From the IMG/VR virus record IMGVR_UViG_3300046713_000250, positions 1,597-65,596 of that record: a stretch of DNA of 64,000 nucleotides. One strand, written 5' to 3'. The position numbers were made by a program, and so were the translations under genes. Position 1 is the stretch's first letter; every line of letters starts with the position of its first letter. The notes under the pieces were generated by a model, which was given only the letters and a program-made list of their open reading frames with translations, did no database searches and was not told the origin of the DNA. This document shows positions 1-8,771 of this stretch, in pieces. Source of the stretch: a virus. Lineage: Duplodnaviria > Caudoviricetes.

Positions 1-518
1 CGGATCGTGGCCTTGGCCCGGAGCAGGTCGAGCACCGGGTTGGCGGTGGCCAGGGTGTTCCAGGCGACCAGCGCGGCGACCGACGCGGTGACACCGGCGG
101 CGATGACCGCGAGCGCGGTCGTGTCGACGGTGAACACGAGGTAATTCACGATCTTCTGAAGGTTGCGCTCCACGGCGTCGCCGCGGAACCGGCCGATCTC
201 CTCGTCGGTGATCGGCACCTCCTGACCCCACTTGACCGGGTTGGCCACGGCGGCCGTGCCCGTCGGCGCCACCGAGCGCGGGTATTGCCCGCCCGGCGTG
301 ACGACCTCGGGGGCGCGGGAGGTGTAGATGGACTCATCGGTCTCATACAGGATCGAGGAGCCCTCGACGCGCCCGGACAGCAGCACGTCGGCGATGAAGC
401 GGTTCTCGGCGATCGTGCGCAGCCGGCGGGCCACGGCGGTCGGGGTGTTGAGGAACCGCGAGATGGTGAGGACGTCGCCCGAAAGGGTCGGAACCGTGGG
501 CGGGTAGGTGATGGCCAT
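1..518 (-). CDS. Major capsid protein (5' part; runs off the window start)
   Basis: ATG at 518 after a GGAGAC SD; reads MAITYPPTVPTLSGDVLTISRFLNTPTAVARRLRTIAENRFIADVLLSG...KWGQEVPITDEEIGR, open to position 1; follows the protease/scaffold and cement genes. Confidence 0.85.
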   Translation of the reverse strand, partial: MAITYPPTVPTLSGDVLTISRFLNTPTAVARRLRTIAENRFIADVLLSGRVEGSSILYETDESIYTSRAPEVVTPGGQYPRSVAPTGTAAVANPVKWGQEVPITDEEIGRFRGDAVERNLQKIVNYLVFTVDTTALAVIAAGVTASVAALVAWNTLATANPVLDLLRAKATI

Positions 519-531
519 TGGTCAGGTCTCC

Positions 532-906
532 TTACCGGCCCAGGAACCGGATGTTTGCGTCGGTGGCGCCGGTGAGCGCCACCCCGACGAGCTGCCCGAA
601 GGTGCCCGCCGCGATCGGCGCCACCGTGCCGTTGACGGCGGCGGCCAGGTTGTCGCCGGCCGCGACGGTGCCGGTGCACAGGATCTCGAAGACGTGACCG
701 GCGAGCGGCCAGACCGGAACCTTGCCGCCGACGGTGGCCTGGTCGTTGCCGGCGTAGCCGACGACCTTGACCGATGCCGCACCGGCCGGGCCGACGGTGC
801 CGTTCGCCGTGCCGCCGGTGTTCTCCACCAGCCGGGCGCCGGTGACCGCCGCGCTGGCCTGCATGGTGATCGGACCCGGCAGGAAGACGGGAGTGGTCTC
901 AGCCAT
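532..906 (-). CDS. Capsid cement/decoration protein (DUF2190-like)
   Basis: MAETTPVFLPG...VAAGDNLAAAVNG...LVGVALTGA, 124 aa Gly/Ala/Val-rich; TAATG coupling to the upstream gene; lies between scaffold and MCP. Confidence 0.7.
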   Translation of the reverse strand: MAETTPVFLPGPITMQASAAVTGARLVENTGGTANGTVGPAGAASVKVVGYAGNDQATVGGKVPVWPLAGHVFEILCTGTVAAGDNLAAAVNGTVAPIAAGTFGQLVGVALTGATDANIRFLGR

Positions 907-3242
907 TACGCACCGGCCTTTCCGTACACGCCCTCGTAGGCGAGGTCGGACTCGTTCTGGCTGATCTCGGCGCCGAGGAATCCGGCGGCCATGACCGGCA
1001 CGCTGTTCTTGGGCATGAGCTCGATGTAGGCCTTGGTCGACGCCGGGTCCTTGTCCCACATCGCCGCGTAGGTGGCCAGCCGCGAGACCGGGAACCGGCC
1101 GTCGTGGACCGCCTTGTCGAGCACCACGTCGCGCTCGTTGCGCTGCATCTGCTCGAAAGCGGTCTGACCCTTGGCGGCCATGGCCACCAGCGCCTTGTAG
1201 TTCTCGGGGTCGATGAGCATCGCGCCACCGGCGTTCGGCGGGATCGCCGTGAGGGTGGCCGCCGGGTCCGGCGTGTTCGGCGGGGTGGCCGAGGCCGCGG
1301 CCTGCGCGGCGAACGCCTCGCTCACCTCGGCGTCGGTGGCGTCGGGACCGAGCCCCAGCGCCTCCCGCATCTTGACTGCGTCCACGGACGCCGCCTCCTT
1401 CGGGTTGGTGGGCCCGGTCGCCGGGTCGGCGTCGGGAGTCTTGGTGGCCACCGGAACCTCGGTCTCGACCGTTGCGGTCGCGGCCTTGGTCTCGAGCACC
1501 TTGCGGATCGCGGCGCCGGCGGGCGACACGTCCGGCGCCACGAGGTCGGTGCCGTCCTCGTTCTTGCGCGCCGCGGCGAGCGCAGCCTTGCGGTCCGCCC
1601 AGGTCGCGGCGGCCTTGGCCACCGCCTTGACGTCCTGGTAGGCGACAGCCACCTCCTGCGGGTCGCCGAAGGTGAACTGCTCGCCGGAGAGCGTGACGGG
1701 GATCCGGTAGTACTTCCCGGTCGCGTCGTCGGCCGCGATCAGCTGCAGCGGATCTACCTGCATCTCGGTGATCCACATCGAGTAACCGGCCGTCTCGTAG
1801 TACTTGCGGCTGATGTCTTCGACGGAGACGGACGCCTTGACGACGCCGCCGGTCTTGGTGCCCATCGGCCCTCCCAGGGTCATGCGGACAGTGGTGGAGA
1901 TCGGGGCGGACGCCGCCGAACGGTCGGAGCCGAGGATCGGGACGAGCTGGCCGCGGCACCGGGCGCCCGCCAGGCAGCCGGAGAACTTGCCGGAGCCGTA
2001 CGCGGTGATCGCCTCGTCCTCGGATCCGAAGCGGTGCCCGTCGATCGAGCGGCACGGCGCGCAGGCGTTCGTGTCGTTGACCTCGCTGGCGAACCACTCG
2101 ACGTCGCCGGTGAACTGCGCGAGGGCCGCGTGCCGGCCGACGTGCTGGGCGGCCGACAGGGCGCCGCCCAGTTGGTCGCGCAGGAACCGGTCGGTCAGCG
2201 CGGCGAGGTGGTCGACGACCTGGCCGGCCACGTGCTTGCCGTCGCCGGTGCCGAGCAACTGCGCCGCGGTGCGACCGGCCGCGGCGGCGGTGCCGACAGC
2301 CATGGCTGCGGCGACCGCGTCGGCGACCTCGCTCAGGTCGTCCTCGGTCAGGGTGACGGCGTCCAGGGTCGTGCCCTGCCTGGCTGCGGCGGCCACCATG
2401 TCGTCAGCCGCGGTCTGCGCCATGACCAGCATCGCGGCGACGAGCAGAGCCGAGCCGGCTGCACCGGTCAGCACCAGCGCGCCGAGGGCGTCCGGGTTGT
2501 TGTCGTCGACCGCCGTCTCGATCTGCGCGGCCAGGTCGGCACGCTGGGTGGCGCTCAGGTCGTCCCACTCGGTCACGAGGTCGTCGAGCTCGCTGTCCCA
2601 CGCGGTGCGCAGCGCGGCGAAGTCGACGCCCGACTGCTGCTCGATGTCGGTCAGGCCGCGCGGCTCGGCGGCGACCAGGGTGACCGTGGTCGACAACATC
2701 GCCCGGGCCATCGTGGCGCCGGAGTCGGCGGGGACCGGCTCGGTGAACGCGGCGTAGACGTCCTGCATGCTCTTGAGCACGCCGACGCCCGGCGGCGCCA
2801 CGCCGAGCAGGGACAGCGCGGTGATAACGCTCGGGTGCTCGTGGCCGATCTGGCAGACGAACGGGCGCCAGATCTCGATCGACCGGTCCGGGTACGCCGC
2901 GGCGAGCACCGAGAGTCCGTTCTCGTCCGCGTCGGCCAGCCAGGCCGGCATGCCGGTCAGGTCGCCCATCATCTTGGCGCCGTCGAAGCGCATGTTGGCG
3001 ACCCAGCCCACGGCCGGCTCGCCGTCCCAGCGGACGCCGCCGGTCGAGTCCGGCTCGGCGTGGCCGAGCTTGATCACGGGATTGCGGACGCCGGGGCAGT
3101 CCATAGCGGCAACGGCGTTCGTGAAGTCCTCGGCGGTGAACGTCGTCTCGCCGGTGCTGGCCTTCCAGGTGCCGACCGCGGCCAGCTCGATACCGTGCAG
3201 GGTGCGCAGGGCGATCGGCTGGCGGACCGCGATGTCAGCCAC
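906..3242 (-). CDS. Capsid maturation protease (Mu I-like) / MuF-like / scaffolding fusion
   Basis: N-terminal 'PVIKLGH...EPAVGWV...YPDRSIE...LSLLG..PPGV'; central CxxC...CRG ('NACAPCRSIDG','ARCRGQLVP') as in MuF; C-terminal 'ALGLGPDAT','VLDKAVHDGRF' scaffold. Confidence 0.75.
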   Translation of the reverse strand: MADIAVRQPIALRTLHGIELAAVGTWKASTGETTFTAEDFTNAVAAMDCPGVRNPVIKLGHAEPDSTGGVRWDGEPAVGWVANMRFDGAKMMGDLTGMPAWLADADENGLSVLAAAYPDRSIEIWRPFVCQIGHEHPSVITALSLLGVAPPGVGVLKSMQDVYAAFTEPVPADSGATMARAMLSTTVTLVAAEPRGLTDIEQQSGVDFAALRTAWDSELDDLVTEWDDLSATQRADLAAQIETAVDDNNPDALGALVLTGAAGSALLVAAMLVMAQTAADDMVAAAARQGTTLDAVTLTEDDLSEVADAVAAAMAVGTAAAAGRTAAQLLGTGDGKHVAGQVVDHLAALTDRFLRDQLGGALSAAQHVGRHAALAQFTGDVEWFASEVNDTNACAPCRSIDGHRFGSEDEAITAYGSGKFSGCLAGARCRGQLVPILGSDRSAASAPISTTVRMTLGGPMGTKTGGVVKASVSVEDISRKYYETAGYSMWITEMQVDPLQLIAADDATGKYYRIPVTLSGEQFTFGDPQEVAVAYQDVKAVAKAAATWADRKAALAAARKNEDGTDLVAPDVSPAGAAIRKVLETKAATATVETEVPVATKTPDADPATGPTNPKEAASVDAVKMREALGLGPDATDAEVSEAFAAQAAASATPPNTPDPAATLTAIPPNAGGAMLIDPENYKALVAMAAKGQTAFEQMQRNERDVVLDKAVHDGRFPVSRLATYAAMWDKDPASTKAYIELMPKNSVPVMAAGFLGAEISQNESDLAYEGVYGKAGA

Positions 3243-3441
3243 CGCTGGGCGCCTTCGTCCGGCGTAGCCACTCGCGGCGGGCGTGTATGCGCAGGATGTC
3301 GGCGTGCTCCATCAGCGCGTGCAGATGGTCAGGGTCGAACGCGTCCAGCTGCGCGTAAAGCTCGGCGTTGTCGGCCGAGTCCTCCATGACGGCGGTCAGG
3401 CAGTTGACCGCCCGCTCCTCGTACGTGCTCGCGTCACGCAT
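3235..3441 (-). CDS. Small hypothetical protein
   Basis: 68-aa ORF overlapping both neighbours by 8 nt. Confidence 0.55.
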   Translation of the reverse strand: MRDASTYEERAVNCLTAVMEDSADNAELYAQLDAFDPDHLHALMEHADILRIHARREWLRRTKAPSGG

Positions 3442-4759
3442 TGGCCGGCTCTCCCGCAGGCTGGCCGGCCTTCGGCGCCGGCGCGGGCGGGGCGTTCGGA
3501 TCGGTGGCCGGCGGGTTGGGCGGCGCGGGCGGAACGACCGGCTGCGGCTGGGCGGCCTTGCGATCCGCGTCGGTGATCGGCGGCAGGCCGTAGCGCAGCC
3601 GGACCTCGTTCTCGAGGCCGATGTCCGCGGTCAGCGCCTTGGCCGAAACGAGCGCGGCGATGGCCTCGCTGGTCAGCTCCGGGCGCGTGACGTCCGTGCA
3701 CATGATCTGCGGAGCCGGCTCGTCCTCGCCGAAGTTGATGTCGACCATCTCGATGCTCAGGTCGGTGGCCGGACCGGTGATCTCCTTCGCCGTGGCCGAC
3801 CAGGACATCTGCAGCAGACCGATCACGGTCTCGCCGAGCGCCCGGTTGCCGGTGCTCGCGGTGTCCAGGTTCAGGATCTCGGCGAGCACGCTGGTCGCGA
3901 TCTGCGCGTCCAGGTACTCGACGAACGCCTTCGTGTCGGGCACCGAGCCGGACAGTCCGGTCAGGTCGAACTTGAAGCCGTCGGGCAGGCCGATGCCGGA
4001 CTGGTCGCCTGCGCGGTAGCCGGCGGCGATGTCGGCGGCGGCGGTCACGTCGGCCGGCGGCGACCCGGGCGGGGCGGTCACGGTCGGCACGCCCATGCCG
4101 AAGCGCCGCGACGACTGGCCCATGACGCGCCACATTTCGTGCTTGAGCAGCCATGGCCCGTACGCCTCGCGCATCAGCGACCGGCCCTGCCAGGCCGAGC
4201 CCTCGCGCTCGTGCGCGTACCAGTGCAGGTCGCGGACGGGGATCATGTCCTCGGCGCCGTACTGGATGATCCCTTGCAGCGAGCCGTCGTCGTTGACCCG
4301 GATGTCGCTGATCGTCTGCGGCAGCCGCTCGGACAGGCCGCCGAGGCGGGCCCGCAGCGGGGTGCCGCCCACGTCGAACCACTTCGCGAACGGCGAGAAC
4401 CCGAACGGCAGCATGAGCAGCGCGAGGCGGATGTGTTCGTCCCAGCGCAGGCCCTTGCGCCGGGCCGGGCCCGGGCCCGCGTCGTCACCCATGATCGGCA
4501 GACCCCACTGGTCAGCGACGAACTGGACGACCTCGTCGCGGCAGCCGGACGGGTTGACCACGTAGGTCGCCGAGCGCAGCGGGTACGTGTAGGCCTTGAG
4601 CACCGCGCTGATCTGCGGGTCGGTGCGCATCCGCGAGTAGGTCTGGACCGACAGCGGGAAGGTCAGCGCGGGCACGTTCTCGAGTAGGTCCATGGCCAGC
4701 GCGTCGTACTGGGCGCCGAGCGTGCCCTCCGGTGTGCGCGGAATTCCGGTGAACGACAT
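3434..4759 (-). CDS. Portal protein (Mu gp29/DUF935-like)
   Basis: 441 aa between terminase and protease; 'RMRTDPQI','LPFGFS','GRSLMR.AY..WLLK','RRFGMGVP'. Confidence 0.85.
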   Translation of the reverse strand: MSFTGIPRTPEGTLGAQYDALAMDLLENVPALTFPLSVQTYSRMRTDPQISAVLKAYTYPLRSATYVVNPSGCRDEVVQFVADQWGLPIMGDDAGPGPARRKGLRWDEHIRLALLMLPFGFSPFAKWFDVGGTPLRARLGGLSERLPQTISDIRVNDDGSLQGIIQYGAEDMIPVRDLHWYAHEREGSAWQGRSLMREAYGPWLLKHEMWRVMGQSSRRFGMGVPTVTAPPGSPPADVTAAADIAAGYRAGDQSGIGLPDGFKFDLTGLSGSVPDTKAFVEYLDAQIATSVLAEILNLDTASTGNRALGETVIGLLQMSWSATAKEITGPATDLSIEMVDINFGEDEPAPQIMCTDVTRPELTSEAIAALVSAKALTADIGLENEVRLRYGLPPITDADRKAAQPQPVVPPAPPNPPATDPNAPPAPAPKAGQPAGEPANA

Positions 4760-4782
4760 GGGGCACCTCCTACGATCAGGGC

Positions 4783-5022
4783 ATGACGGAACATGGGCAG
4801 GAAACGGGAGACGACACGGTCACCGCGCACCGGTGGATGCGACACGTCGACCCGGAGACCGGCGAGGCCAATCACTGGTGCATCGACGGGGATACCGGGC
4901 ACCACGCCGAGCCGTGCGCGGATGCGGAGAAGCGCACCGGGGACCACGCGGGCGACCCGGCCGAGGTGACCTGGCTGGAGCTCGCCGATCTGCACGCCGT
5001 GCCGGCTCCGGTGCTGGAATGA
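4783..5022 (+). CDS. Hypothetical protein, counter-oriented insert, probably leaderless
   Basis: 79 aa; TACGAT (4771-4776) 6 nt before the ATG. Confidence 0.55.
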   Translation: MTEHGQETGDDTVTAHRWMRHVDPETGEANHWCIDGDTGHHAEPCADAEKRTGDHAGDPAEVTWLELADLHAVPAPVLE

Positions 5023-5846
5023 ACGTCTACGTCCTGAGCAAGATCTGGCCCGACCCGGACGGCGGGGTAGTGCTGGGCGCCGGAGCCACGATGGAGGACG
5101 CGCAGGAGATCGCCGAACGGTGGACTGAGGGTCCCTTTGAGTGGAGCGAGTGGGAGTCCGACCCAGGACCCGGCGTGCGCGCGCAGCGGTGGACCCGATC
5201 GATGTCGCGGACACCGAACAGGCAGGAGATCGTATGCGTCCCGCTGGCCGGATTCATCGGCGACTGGCCGATCAAGGGGCTGACCACCGAAGGGCTCGCC
5301 ACCGCCGTGCCCGCGCTGATGAAGCCTGAAATCGGCGGAGAGGTTCGCAACGACCCACTCGGCATCTTCACCGCAGCGCCGGGTCCCATGCCGACTATCA
5401 GCAGCTGGATCGATCAGGCCAACGCCGTGATCCGTTTCGTGCCGAAGCCTGGCGAGTCGGTTACCTATCCGCGGGCCGGCTCTGACCATGACGCGCGGGA
5501 TGCGATGCACGATGCGATGGAGACGGTGCTGGCCGCGCGGAGATCCACCGAGCGGGCTGGTGGCTACGTCGACCGCATCGACGTCGGGTCCGGCGCCGGC
5601 CTCGACTACTTCCAGCGGGCCGCCGACACGCTGCCGAAGAAGCCGGGCGGATCGTCGTGGCGGGTGTTCAGCGGCGACTCGATCGCGGGCCTGCGCATCG
5701 TCGTCGACCCGGACATGCGGCCGGACCAGATCAAGATCGGGTCAGTGATCTACGTGATCGGGACGGGCGACAACGGCATCCCTGAGGGGACGATGATCCG
5801 GGTCGACATGGCCGAGGTGGAGCGGCTTACCACTGGGCCCGGCTGA
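5019..5846 (+). CDS. Hypothetical protein, counter-oriented insert
   Basis: ATGA overlap with the previous ORF; MNVYVLSKIWPD..., 275 aa of normal composition. Confidence 0.6.
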   Translation: MNVYVLSKIWPDPDGGVVLGAGATMEDAQEIAERWTEGPFEWSEWESDPGPGVRAQRWTRSMSRTPNRQEIVCVPLAGFIGDWPIKGLTTEGLATAVPALMKPEIGGEVRNDPLGIFTAAPGPMPTISSWIDQANAVIRFVPKPGESVTYPRAGSDHDARDAMHDAMETVLAARRSTERAGGYVDRIDVGSGAGLDYFQRAADTLPKKPGGSSWRVFSGDSIAGLRIVVDPDMRPDQIKIGSVIYVIGTGDNGIPEGTMIRVDMAEVERLTTGPG

Positions 5847-7479
5847 GGTCGATCTCGCCGCTCATGCCGGTGCTCGCGCGGTAGGCCTGCTCGGCCGCTG
5901 CCTCGGCCGCGCGGGCCACGCGCTGATCGCGGGTGTTCTCGGACACGTCGCGTGGCGGGGTCCAGTGGGCCGAGGCGATCCGGGCCGCATAGAAGAGCGT
6001 GTCGGCCATGTCGTCGCGCGCCCACATCGGGAAGCCCGCGATCTCGTCCTCCCAGTCGTCGCGCCAGGGCACGTAGTCCGGCCAGTGCACGGTGTGGGCA
6101 CGGACCCGGTTGGCCGCCGGGATGGAGCGCGTGATCTTGTCGGTGTCCGGCGCGACCGGCTGGATCCGCAGACCGAGCTGGGTGGCGTCGCGGACCAGCG
6201 TGCTGGAGATGAACGACTTCTCGACGTAGACGTCCGGGCACGCCCACCGCTTGCACATCGGAGCGACCAGCGTCCAGTGCTCCTCTTCACCGAGGCGAGC
6301 CCGCTTCATGTCCAGCAGCACGAGCCGCCCGTTGCCGGTGATCCCCCACACCGAGACGACCGTGTAGTCCGCGCTGGTCTTCTTGCTCGCCGCCAGGTCG
6401 ACGGTGATGAACCGGACCATGTCCGCGACGAAGAAGCGCACGCCCTCGATGTTGATCTGAGCGCCGAGCAGCGCATCATGCCGGGTGCGGTCCGGCTGCA
6501 TGAACGACCAGTAGCGGAAATCCGACCGGGCGAACAGGTTGCCCTCGGCCGCGACCGGCACCTGCATGTAGATCGAATTCCACACGTACATCGACCGCTT
6601 GGCCTTCAGGCCGAGGAACCATCCGGCGGGCCGGTTGCGGACGCTGATCAGCTCGCCGTTCGGGTGGAACACCGACGCACCGTCGCTGCCGCGGACGCGG
6701 GCCGACGCCTCGTCACGCACCGCGGGGATGCGCAGCACGTTCCACTCGCCGGGCTCCTCGGCCAGCAGCCGGCCGGCCAGGTCGTCGGAGTGCCAGCGGG
6801 TCATCATCAGCACCACGCGGAACTGATCCGACGCGCGGGTCATGGCGTTCGACTCCCACCAGTCCCAGCAGCGTTTCCGGTACGTGGACGACTCCGCCTC
6901 GGCGCGGCCCTTCAGCGGGTCGTCGATGATCAGCAGGTCCACGGCCTCGGAGGTCAGGCCGCCGTCGATGCCGACCGACAGGACCACGCCGCCCGCAGTG
7001 GTCTCGAACCGGTCGACCGCGCGGCTGTCCGGCGCCAGGGCGATGCCGAGCTCGGGGTGCGCCTCGATCATGCGACGGATCCAGCGGCCCCATCGCTCGG
7101 CCTTCTCGGCGGAGTAGACCACGATCGCGATCCGCAGGCTCGGATCCTGCGCGAGCAGCCAGAGCGGGAACCAGCAGGACGCGCGGGTCGACTTGCCCTC
7201 CTGCGGCGGGACGAAAATCATCTGCCGGCCCGAGGCGCCGCCCGCGTCGGCCAGGTCGACCAGGGCCTCGTCGATGGCGTCCAGTGCCGGCGTCTGCCTG
7301 GTCTTGACGAAGTATGCCTTCGCCAGTGCGCCGGGCGTGGGGTAGCGCTGCCGGAACTCCGAGCGGGACAGCTCAGCCGTCTTGCGCTGCACGTCCTGGA
7401 TCCGCTCCAGCTTTCCGATCAAGCTGAGCAGTTCGGCGTCGGAACTCGTCGAGAGCTTCCCGGAGAAGTCGATCGACAT
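5827..7479 (-). CDS. terL: Terminase large subunit
   Basis: Walker A-type 'PPQEGKST', Walker B 'LLIIDDP', 'MTRWHSDDL', nuclease acidic motifs 'TVDLA','ADYT','RDDMADT'. Confidence 0.95.
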   Translation of the reverse strand: MSIDFSGKLSTSSDAELLSLIGKLERIQDVQRKTAELSRSEFRQRYPTPGALAKAYFVKTRQTPALDAIDEALVDLADAGGASGRQMIFVPPQEGKSTRASCWFPLWLLAQDPSLRIAIVVYSAEKAERWGRWIRRMIEAHPELGIALAPDSRAVDRFETTAGGVVLSVGIDGGLTSEAVDLLIIDDPLKGRAEAESSTYRKRCWDWWESNAMTRASDQFRVVLMMTRWHSDDLAGRLLAEEPGEWNVLRIPAVRDEASARVRGSDGASVFHPNGELISVRNRPAGWFLGLKAKRSMYVWNSIYMQVPVAAEGNLFARSDFRYWSFMQPDRTRHDALLGAQINIEGVRFFVADMVRFITVDLAASKKTSADYTVVSVWGITGNGRLVLLDMKRARLGEEEHWTLVAPMCKRWACPDVYVEKSFISSTLVRDATQLGLRIQPVAPDTDKITRSIPAANRVRAHTVHWPDYVPWRDDWEDEIAGFPMWARDDMADTLFYAARIASAHWTPPRDVSENTRDQRVARAAEAAAEQAYRASTGMSGEIDLSRAQW

Positions 7480-7861
7480 CGCTCTCCCCGATCTGCACCT
7501 GGAGCGGAGCCTTCTCGCCGGTGAGGTCGCCGATCTGGCTGATGATCAGACGCGCCTCGCGCATCATCTTCTCGTCGCCGGCGAGCGCCTTGACCATAGC
7601 GACCTTGAGCAGGTCGGTCAGCCGGTCCAGCGACTCCTGCCGGTAGAGGGCGATCTCGTCGTAGGCGAGCGACTGGTGCTCCTGGAGCAGAGCCTTGACC
7701 GCTGCGTGGGCCGCACTCTTGCCGGAGTAGCCCGCCTCTTCGGCAACGGCATCCCACGTCCACCCAGCCCGGCGGAGCTCAGCCGCGCGGCGCCGCTTCT
7801 CGTACGTCTCTGCCTGCTTGGCCGGCGGGTGAGTCACGTTGCGTGGCGTCTGGCTGCCCAT
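7373..7861 (-). CDS. terS: Terminase small subunit (HTH)
   Basis: 'AAELRRAGWTWDAVAEEAGYSGKSAAH' HTH directly upstream of terL, which it overlaps by 107 nt. Confidence 0.7.
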   Translation of the reverse strand: MGSQTPRNVTHPPAKQAETYEKRRRAAELRRAGWTWDAVAEEAGYSGKSAAHAAVKALLQEHQSLAYDEIALYRQESLDRLTDLLKVAMVKALAGDEKMMREARLIISQIGDLTGEKAPLQVQIGESDVDRLLREALDEFRRRTAQLDRKAGADPGRAAQDG

Positions 7862-7943
7862 GAACACACCTCTCCTGCGCGGAATTCTGGCACAGACTTA
7901 ATCGTCCGACAAACCTCACCAGCGAAAACGGGCCGAACGGCCC

Positions 7944-8303
7944 TCAGGCGCACCACTCTTCCCGCCACCCGTCCTGCCCGGCGTACGGCCGGGCTTCGAG
8001 CTGGGCGAGCCACTGCGCGGTCTCGTTGGTCTCGTCGTCGGCCAGTTCGCTCTCGATCCAGGCGAGCCGTTCCCGCTTGGCCTGGACCTCGGCCAGCACG
8101 AACCGCGGTACGGCAAAGCGGCGGATCATCGCCGCTGCGGCATCGCCAAACGTCGTGGTCGGTAGGGCGCGATCGGTGAGCCAGTCGGCGTCCTCGAAGC
8201 CGCCGTCCTGGCCGCAGTCATCAGCGATGGCAGCCAGCGCCACCTGCTCGTCCACGTCCACGCATCGGCGCACGAACGCAAACAGCTCATCCACGTCGCT
8301 CAC
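7944..8303 (-). CDS. DUF6221-like actinobacterial protein
   Basis: 'PRFVLAEVQAKR...ARPYAGQDGWREEW' pattern. Confidence 0.6.
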   Translation of the reverse strand: MSDVDELFAFVRRCVDVDEQVALAAIADDCGQDGGFEDADWLTDRALPTTTFGDAAAAMIRRFAVPRFVLAEVQAKRERLAWIESELADDETNETAQWLAQLEARPYAGQDGWREEWCA

Positions 8304-8500
8304 CGCGTCGCCATCCGGCCATTGACCCACTCCGCATGCGCCCGCATGATCGCGTCCACCGGGTAGAGCGCGGCCCGGCGGCCGCGGCGGCCGTACTCCG
8401 TGCCGACGGTGGCCACGTCCCGCAGGCGCCGGGCCAGCTCGCGGCGCGGGATCGGCGGGCTCATCGCCTGCGCCGCGTCCGAGATCGTCATGCCGCTCAT
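8300..8500 (-). CDS. Small DNA-binding protein (HTH-like)
   Basis: 'MTISDAAQAM..PIPRRELARRL...GRRAALYPVDAI'; 4-nt overlaps with neighbours. Confidence 0.5.
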   Translation of the reverse strand: MSGMTISDAAQAMSPPIPRRELARRLRDVATVGTEYGRRGRRAALYPVDAIMRAHAEWVNGRMATR

Positions 8501-8646
8501 GCCGACTGCGCCCCCTGCTCGCGCAACGGCCGGACCGGGCCGTTGTCGATCGCGCCCCAGTCGCACGTCCGGCAGACCAGCGTCGTCGTGCCCGCGAGCA
8601 CGTACAGCACGCGGGTGCGGCAGAGGGAACAGCGGACCTTCTTCAC
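8497..8646 (-). CDS. Small zinc-ribbon protein
   Basis: CSLC...CRTC. Confidence 0.5.
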   Translation of the reverse strand: MKKVRCSLCRTRVLYVLAGTTTLVCRTCDWGAIDNGPVRPLREQGAQSA

Positions 8647-8768
8647 CTGCGTCCCCGATCGACCTCGATCTGCCTGAGCTTGTCCAGGACGGCGATGATC
8701 ACGGCACCGGTCAGGCCGCCGGTCAGCGCGATCAGGGCGGCGATCTGGAGGAACAGCGTCCAGGTCAC
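8643..8768 (-). CDS. Small single-TM protein
   Basis: GTG-start MTWTLFLQIAALIALTGGLTGAVIIAVLDKLRQ... (below ORF track cutoff). Confidence 0.5.
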   Translation of the reverse strand: MTWTLFLQIAALIALTGGLTGAVIIAVLDKLRQIEVDRGRR

Positions 8769-8771
8769 GGG

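Noticed and set aside
1104-3389. Long antisense ORFs (also 5965-7524, 39463-41964, 50159-52276, 53371-55326)
   Set aside because: Shadow frames of high-GC genes; Arg/Gly-rich with no motifs
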